From Collinsella aerofaciens (GTDB lineage Bacteria > Bacillota > Clostridia > Oscillospirales > Oscillospiraceae): DNA of 64,000 bases. The notes beneath the pieces are model-generated. The model did not search any database. It saw only the letters and a list, made by a program, of their open reading frames with translations, and was not told where the DNA came from. Shown here piece by piece: positions 58,877 through 64,000 of the stretch. Location of the stretch: assembly GCA_963633225.1 (NCBI GenBank), contig CAVGXR010000042.1, positions 16,152 to 80,151 of the forward strand. The letters are read 5' to 3'. A program made the position numbers and the translations under genes. Every line of letters starts with the position of its first letter. The stretch's first letter is position 1.

Positions 58877-58906
58877 ATTATAGCAGGGCAGCGACATTTG
58901 TGTCTA
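58877..58906 (-). promoter_or_regulatory. promoter for xer gene: TAGACA-18 nt-(TGc)TATAAT extended -10
   Basis: Read on the - strand (...TAGACACAAATGTCGCTGCCCTGCTATAATGG...). Confidence 0.45.
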
Positions 58907-58964
58907 TTGGCAAATTGACTAATAATTAAGCAAAATAAAGATTTTGTTTAATTTAGGGGAGATG

Positions 58965-59019
58965 AAAAAGCGAAAACAAGCGGCTAAAGCGTATTTAAGT
59001 GCTCAGTACCCGTTTTCGC
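58965..59019 (-). terminator. terminator-like hairpin after the radA-coupled gene
   Basis: On the - strand: GCGAAAAC...(34-nt loop)...GTTTTCGC + TTTTT. The large loop lowers confidence. Confidence 0.4.
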
Positions 59020-59759
59020 TAAGCTTCTTCGATTATAGGTATTGCGCTGCCGATATCGAACAGCGGCATGTCCGTCAGGTATACAGCGCTTACGCCGCGC
59101 TCATTTAAAAAATGCTCGATCCGCAGTTTTTCCGACGTATCATTTATTACGCCCGTAAAAGCCATTTCATTTCTGCTTATTTTAAATGATGCTCCGCCTA
59201 TAAAGCCGTGTTCAAATCCATCCAGAGCCGTGAGATTTTCACTGACTGTCAATACGCTCATTCCGGCAGCTGATGCTACAGCCGAAATTTTTCTGTCAGC
59301 TGTGATTATTGAGTCTTCATCAACAACGCACACCGAGCATTTTGTGTATCCCTGTTTGCAGCAAAGCTTTGTTCCCTTAAACAGTGATACCGTCTGCTCA
59401 TCGGCACTTTTGGGATTATATATCAATTTATCGCCGACTATACATATATTAAGCCCTGCATCATACGGATATTCGGGCTTTTTCGGAGCTGCCGTTTCTA
59501 TAAGCTTTATATTGTTAATTAATTCGCAATCATTTAAAACGCCTTTCTGAACTGCAAGTACGTTCTTAGTGAGGTGCGCTGCCATCAAATCGCAGTGTCC
59601 TGTAAGGCGTTCGTCTACATATTCATTATTTTTTAGCCAGATTGCAGCAATATTTTGCTCTGAAAGCGCATTTTCAAGAACTTTTTTATACTTTTTTCCG
59701 ACTATCAGCCGCCTCACCTTACCCTGCGGCAGATGCGGCTTATCAACAAAACGTATCAT
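59019..59759 (-). CDS. uncharacterised 246-aa protein translationally coupled to radA (possibly the DUF6873 / GME-fold family)
   Basis: ATG overlaps the radA stop (ATGA). No TM helix or known catalytic motif recognised. The family name is from memory only. Locally AT-rich. Confidence 0.55.
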   Translation of the reverse strand: MIRFVDKPHLPQGKVRRLIVGKKYKKVLENALSEQNIAAIWLKNNEYVDERLTGHCDLMAAHLTKNVLAVQKGVLNDCELINNIKLIETAAPKKPEYPYDAGLNICIVGDKLIYNPKSADEQTVSLFKGTKLCCKQGYTKCSVCVVDEDSIITADRKISAVASAAGMSVLTVSENLTALDGFEHGFIGGASFKISRNEMAFTGVINDTSEKLRIEHFLNERGVSAVYLTDMPLFDIGSAIPIIEEA

Positions 59760-61120
59760 CCAAGCGTTGCCTTTATTGCTTCACGGATGTCTTTGACGCT
59801 TATCAGCTCAAGTCCTTCCGGCTTTCTGATATCATCCTTTATATGAGCCGGTATAACGCAGCGCTTAAAGCCGAGACGGGCTATCTCTGACAGGCGCGAA
59901 TTGAGGCTGCTGACACTTCTTATTTCACCCGAAAGGCCAACCTCGCCCACAGCCGCAAGATCCCTGCCAAGCGGCAGATCCCGAAAGCTGCTTGCTATAG
60001 CCAGAAGCGTTGCAAGATCCGCAGCCGGTTCCTCGAGCTCAAGTCCGCCTATTACATTTATATATGCATCACAGGCCGACACCGACATTCCGCCGCGCTT
60101 TTCAAGCACTGCAAGCAAAAGAGTTGCACGGTTATAGTCAATGCCGTTTGAGCTGCGCCGCCCTGAATTATATGCTGCGGGCGCTATAAGCGCCTGAATT
60201 TCTGCCAATATCGGCCTTGAGCCCTCTATGACGCAGGTAACGCATGTGCCCGGAGCGTTCTCCGGACGACCTGACAGCAGTATTTCCGAGGGGTTTTTGA
60301 GCTCCTTGAGTCCCCTGTCATTCATTTCAAAAACGCCGATCTCGTTGGTCGAGCCGAAACGGTTTTTACCCGCTCTGAGTATCCTGAACGAGGTGCTGCG
60401 CTCACCCTCAAAATACAGAACGCAATCGACCATATGCTCGAGTACCTTGGGGCCTGCTATGCTGCCCTCCTTGTTTATATGGCCTATAACGAAGGTCGTG
60501 AAGCCCTTTTCTTTTGTTATTCGCATTATGGCCATCGTGCATTCGCGCACCTGACTTATACTTCCTGGCGCAGAGCTTATGTCAGCGTCAAACATTGTCT
60601 GTATCGAGTCTATTATGACTATATCCGGCGACAGTGCCTCGATGTTTTCAATCACCTCGGCAAGCCCTGTCTCTGCAAGGACATATATCTCGCCCTTATC
60701 AACGCCGAGCCGCTGTGAACGCATTTTAAGCTGTCTCTCGCTTTCCTCGCCGGTGACGTACAGTATTTTCTGTCCTTCCTCGGTCAACCCGCACAGCTGC
60801 AGCAGCAGCGTTGACTTGCCTATGCCCGGAGCTCCGCCGACCAGAACGAGTGAACCTCGCACAGCTCCGCCGCCGAGCACTCTGTCAAATTCTCCGATCC
60901 CTGTTGAAAAGCGCATCTCCGCCTCCGTGTCGAGCTCCGATATGAGCTTCGGCTTTTTTACCGCGGCCGAGCGCAGCGAGTTTTTAGCGCTGCCCTTCCC
61001 TTTTATATCTGCTTTGATCTCAACAAGGCTGTCCCATGCGCCGCACGCAAGGCATTTTCCGCTCCATTTCAAGGTCTCGTTTCCGCATTCTGAGCAGCAG
61101 AATACTGTCTTTTGTTTCAT
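59756..61120 (-). CDS. radA: DNA repair protein RadA/Sms
   Basis: Zinc finger (CSECGNETLKWSGKCLACGAW), Walker A (GGAPGIGKSTLLLQ), KNRFG motif (AGKNRFGSTNE) and Lon-like C-domain. Confidence 0.95.
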   Translation of the reverse strand: MKQKTVFCCSECGNETLKWSGKCLACGAWDSLVEIKADIKGKGSAKNSLRSAAVKKPKLISELDTEAEMRFSTGIGEFDRVLGGGAVRGSLVLVGGAPGIGKSTLLLQLCGLTEEGQKILYVTGEESERQLKMRSQRLGVDKGEIYVLAETGLAEVIENIEALSPDIVIIDSIQTMFDADISSAPGSISQVRECTMAIMRITKEKGFTTFVIGHINKEGSIAGPKVLEHMVDCVLYFEGERSTSFRILRAGKNRFGSTNEIGVFEMNDRGLKELKNPSEILLSGRPENAPGTCVTCVIEGSRPILAEIQALIAPAAYNSGRRSSNGIDYNRATLLLAVLEKRGGMSVSACDAYINVIGGLELEEPAADLATLLAIASSFRDLPLGRDLAAVGEVGLSGEIRSVSSLNSRLSEIARLGFKRCVIPAHIKDDIRKPEGLELISVKDIREAIKATLG

Positions 61121-61130
61121 AGTTTACTCC

Positions 61131-61835
61131 TTAAAGCCGGCTGCTGAACTGTATGTATGAAGCAACAAGCGTCATTGCTATCTTCGTCTGATAATTGCCG
61201 TCGGCAAGCTGGGCCGCTTCCTGCGGATTTGACATGAAGCCGCACTCGGCAAGTATTGCAGGGCACTTAACGCTTGATGTCAGCAGCAGTTCATCCGGCG
61301 CAGCGTGCGCGACACGTCTGTTTTCAGGGTCTAAGGCCGATACAAGATTGCTCTGCGCCAGCAGTCCGAGCTCCCTGCTTCCCTGTGTTGCAGCGTACAT
61401 TACCTCCGCACCCCTGACCAGCTCGCTTGGATAAATATTCTGATGTACGCTTATGAGCACGCAGCTATCTATTGCGTTTGCCATATCAGCACGGGACACA
61501 AGATCATCATGCTCACTGTAGCTTTCTGCGTTAAGACAGCCTGCATCTGTGCTCCTCGTCATCTGATGCTCAATGCCCATAAGCTCACACAGGCAGGACA
61601 TTTTAAGTGCTATGGCAAGGTTAAGCTCGCTTTCCTTCAAGCCGTCTGCCGATACCGCGCCGCCGTCGATTCCACCGTGCCCTGCATCAATGAGCAGTGT
61701 GCCGCCATTATACGTTCCCATAACGCTTTTCGCTTCATCAGGAAAGGCAAAAAATATTGTCAGAACGAACAGCGCTGCGGCACAGACTGCTGCCGCCGGC
61801 TTTGCAATGCTTTTTAATTTAACGGTAATAAACAC
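61131..61835 (-). CDS. cwlD: N-acetylmuramoyl-L-alanine amidase (Amidase_3), CwlD-like
   Basis: Signal/TM segment, then LLIDAGHGGIDGGA, ESELNL and ISVHQN zinc-amidase motifs. The ~234-aa size matches germination-specific CwlD. GTG start. Confidence 0.75.
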   Translation of the reverse strand: MFITVKLKSIAKPAAAVCAAALFVLTIFFAFPDEAKSVMGTYNGGTLLIDAGHGGIDGGAVSADGLKESELNLAIALKMSCLCELMGIEHQMTRSTDAGCLNAESYSEHDDLVSRADMANAIDSCVLISVHQNIYPSELVRGAEVMYAATQGSRELGLLAQSNLVSALDPENRRVAHAAPDELLLTSSVKCPAILAECGFMSNPQEAAQLADGNYQTKIAMTLVASYIQFSSRL

Positions 61836-61837
61836 AA

Positions 61838-61880
61838 AATCACCCCACTAACAAGCTATGTCGATGGGGTGATTTTTATA
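61838..61880 (-). terminator. hairpin after aspC whose 3' arm contains the amidase SD
   Basis: On the - strand: AATCACCCCA-N17-TGGGGTGATT followed by TTGTGTTT. The amidase GTG lies 4 nt after GGGGTGA. Confidence 0.55.
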
Positions 61881-61928
61881 TCAGATGACAATCAATTTTT
61901 GATATAACACCCGTTTGAGGCAATTATA

Positions 61929-63119
61929 TCATTCAGTGATGAATTTTTCAAGGCGGTCAAGTCCCTTCTCGATGTTTTCCATTGAGGCGGCATACGACCA
62001 GCGAACAAAATTCTTCATACCGAAGCCGGAGCACGGAACGACTGCGACGAGCGCCTTTTCAAGAAGCGCTACGGCAAAATCATCGTCATTTTCAATGAGC
62101 TTTCCGCCGAGCGTCCTGCCAACGAGCTTTTCCATGTTCATCATGACATAGAAAGCACCGTTGGGCTTTATGCAGCTCACGCCGGGAATCTCGTTTATGC
62201 GCTTGACTATGTAGTCGCGGCGCTCAAGGAAGGCAAGGCGCATTGCCTCGATGCTCTCCTGCTGGCCGGTAAGCGCTTCAACAGATGCCCACTGGCTGAT
62301 AGTGGACGGTGCGCCTGTCGAGTGACTCAGGAAATTGGACATTATCTTTGCAAGGGTCTTGTTTGCGGCACAGTAGCCGACGCGCCAGCCGGTCATTGCA
62401 TAGGACTTGGACACACCGTTAATGAGCAGTGTACGCTCCTTGACCTCCTCGCCGAGGCTTGCAATGCTCGTAAACTCCATTCCATCGTAAATAAGCTGAT
62501 AGTATATCTCATCGGCAAGTATGTACAGATCGTGCTTTACACACACATCTGCTATTGCCTGAAGCTCGTCCTTTGAATAGATCATGCCTGTGGGGTTTGA
62601 GGGGTTGTTGAGCATGAGACACTTTGTTTTATCAGTGATAGCCGCCTCGAGCTGCTCGGCAGTTATCTTGAAGTCCTGCTCCTCGCCGGCTGCAACGATA
62701 ACGGGCGTACCGCCGACCATGCGAACCATCTCATAGTAGCTTACCCAGAACGGAGCCGGTATTATGATCTCATCGCCGGGATTTGTGATAGCTGCAAGGG
62801 CAATGTAAACGCTGTGCTTTGCACCGCTTGCAACAACTATCTGTGTATAATCATAATCAACGCCGCAGTCATCCTTGAGCTTCTGCGCTATGGCCTTTCT
62901 CAGCGGGATTATGCCTGCTGCCGGAGTATACTTGGTCTTTCCGTCGCAAATAGCCTTGACCGCTGCCATATTGATATTGTCTGGAGTATTGAAATCGGGC
63001 TCGCCTGTGCCAAAGCCGACAACATCAAGCCCGTCGGCTTTCATCTGCTTTGCAAGACTGTCTACCGCAAGAGTGGTCGAAGCGCGAACTGCTTCCGCAA
63101 TTTTGGATACTGGTTTCAT
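61929..63119 (-). CDS. aspC: pyridoxal-phosphate-dependent aminotransferase (aspartate aminotransferase class I)
   Basis: PLP-Lys context (NGVSKSYAMTGWRVGY), NNPSNPTG motif and 396-aa length. Confidence 0.88.
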   Translation of the reverse strand: MKPVSKIAEAVRASTTLAVDSLAKQMKADGLDVVGFGTGEPDFNTPDNINMAAVKAICDGKTKYTPAAGIIPLRKAIAQKLKDDCGVDYDYTQIVVASGAKHSVYIALAAITNPGDEIIIPAPFWVSYYEMVRMVGGTPVIVAAGEEQDFKITAEQLEAAITDKTKCLMLNNPSNPTGMIYSKDELQAIADVCVKHDLYILADEIYYQLIYDGMEFTSIASLGEEVKERTLLINGVSKSYAMTGWRVGYCAANKTLAKIMSNFLSHSTGAPSTISQWASVEALTGQQESIEAMRLAFLERRDYIVKRINEIPGVSCIKPNGAFYVMMNMEKLVGRTLGGKLIENDDDFAVALLEKALVAVVPCSGFGMKNFVRWSYAASMENIEKGLDRLEKFITE

Positions 63120-63233
63120 TATCAGTCACCTCCGTAGTAATGAAACAATTATAATCTCCGGCAAATGCTTTTGCAATGATTAATTTATATAAATATCGCA
63201 ATTCTTTTTATCTGATTATGAGCAATTGATCAG

Positions 63234-63270
63234 CAAAAAGCGAGACGCAAATAGCTTTACGTCTCGCTTA
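63234..63270 (-). terminator. rho-independent terminator after spoIVA
   Basis: On the - strand: AGCGAGACG-N11-CGTCTCGCT + TTTTG. Confidence 0.7.
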
Positions 63271-63274
63271 TAGG

Positions 63275-64000
63275 TCACAGCAGAATACAGATGAGCGTTC
63301 CCCTGCCCTCGTTTATGATCCTTTGCAGAGTCTCCTGAAGTCTCGCTCTTGCATTCGGCGGTAGGCTTGTAAGGCGCTCGGCTATCGCCTCCTGAGCGAT
63401 CTCATACAAGGGACGGCCAAATATGTTCGACTCCCAGATGCGGCTCATATCTCCGTCAAAGCCCTGCAAAAGGAAGCTTATTATCTCATCCGACGCTCCT
63501 TCTCCTCCGCTGATCGACGGCCTTACTATGGCTTCAACGCCGGTTTTCAGCAGATGTACAGCCGGAGCATGAGCCTTCAGCTTCACGGAATATTTTCCGC
63601 CTTGCCTGACGAGCTGCGGCTCTTCTATCCGTATATCGTCTGCCTGCGGCATGATAACTCCGTATCCTGTTCTGCGAACCGAGTCCAGCGCGTCCTTTAT
63701 CTTATCGTACTCCAGCTTCACCTGACCAAGCTCACAAAGCACCTTCATAAGATCTCCGTCATCGGCTATCTCTATGCCGGATTCCTCGCTTATGAGCTGA
63801 TAGTAAAGCTTCTTCGGCATGTCTATTGCAATATTTACAGTACCGCAGCCCATATTGCTGCTTTCGATATACGCAGCGTCAATAATGTCCAGCTCGGATA
63901 TCTGCGTGAGCATACCGCTTATGTCGCTGACACAGTAAAGTCCTCCTGATGCACAGATAAGACTGCTGTAAAGCTCGTTTTTCATATCGTTTTCGAGGTC
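63275..64000 (-). CDS. spoIVA: stage IV sporulation protein A, C-terminal ~240 aa (N-terminus beyond window)
   Basis: The frame stays open to the window edge. The conserved SpoIVA middle/C-terminal sequence ends ...RIINEGRGTLICILL, the characteristic hydrophobic C-terminus. Confidence 0.85.
   Translation of the reverse strand, partial: DLENDMKNELYSSLICASGGLYCVSDISGMLTQISELDIIDAAYIESSNMGCGTVNIAIDMPKKLYYQLISEESGIEIADDGDLMKVLCELGQVKLEYDKIKDALDSVRRTGYGVIMPQADDIRIEEPQLVRQGGKYSVKLKAHAPAVHLLKTGVEAIVRPSISGGEGASDEIISFLLQGFDGDMSRIWESNIFGRPLYEIAQEAIAERLTSLPPNARARLQETLQRIINEGRGTLICILL

Noticed and set aside
52295-59018. Search for a dif site or DnaA-box cluster near the strand switch and the Xer gene
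   Set aside because: I found only isolated near-matches to TTATCCACA inside coding sequence (about 32033 and about 53939). No 28-nt dif-like imperfect palindrome was seen in the intergenic regions.
58962-59108. 48-codon + strand ORF (MKKRKQAAKAYL...) in the xer/DUF intergenic region
   Set aside because: The GGGGAG sits only about 1 nt from the ATG. The ORF runs into the 3' end of the convergent 246-aa gene and through its terminator hairpin. No hydrophobic or other recognisable pattern.

Overview
This 64-kb window is chromosomal core DNA of an endospore-forming Firmicute. Gene content suggests class Clostridia, and GC looks like roughly the low-to-mid 50s % by eye. I count about 75 CDS with very little non-coding DNA.

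From 1 to 52.3 kb every gene is on the + strand, in two blocks syntenic with Bacillus subtilis:
- yicC-remA-gmk-rpoZ-priA-def-fmt-rsmB-rlmN-stp-prkC-rsgA
- spoIIIAA-AH-asp23-nusB-xseAB-ispA-dxs-tlyA-nadK-argR-recN

Upstream of these lie rluB, an RpiR-family regulator, a BaiN-like flavoprotein, cmk, an ispH-S1 fusion, carD-ispD-ispF, a DUF3343/cysteine-desulfurase pair, and cdaA-cdaR.

Downstream lie:
- a Tyr T-box operon (C_GCAxxG_C_C protein, tyrS, ybaK-like)
- rpe, recR, rnj, a dipeptidase
- an antisense type-A RNase P RNA
- murD, ynbB-like, yunB, ligA and cotJ genes

From 52.3 kb most genes switch to the - strand: a DAACS symporter, PPi-PFK, a Xer-type recombinase, radA, a CwlD-like amidase, aspC, and the 3' part of spoIVA. 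fba and an ATPase-like gene remain on +.

I found no CRISPR array, tRNA, rRNA, IS element, prophage or recognisable defence island. I do not see a clear novel multi-gene system.

The best leads are single-locus oddities:
- an intact but motif-dead, actuator-less P-type ATPase paralogue
- an AT-rich uncharacterised gene translationally coupled to radA, next to a Xer recombinase
- a Tyr T-box whose first regulated gene is a Cys-rich C_GCAxxG_C_C protein
- a fused CotJA-CotJB
- a half-length SpoIIIAG
- a SipL-like gene abutting spoIIIAA

All family calls come from motif recognition by eye. No searches were run.
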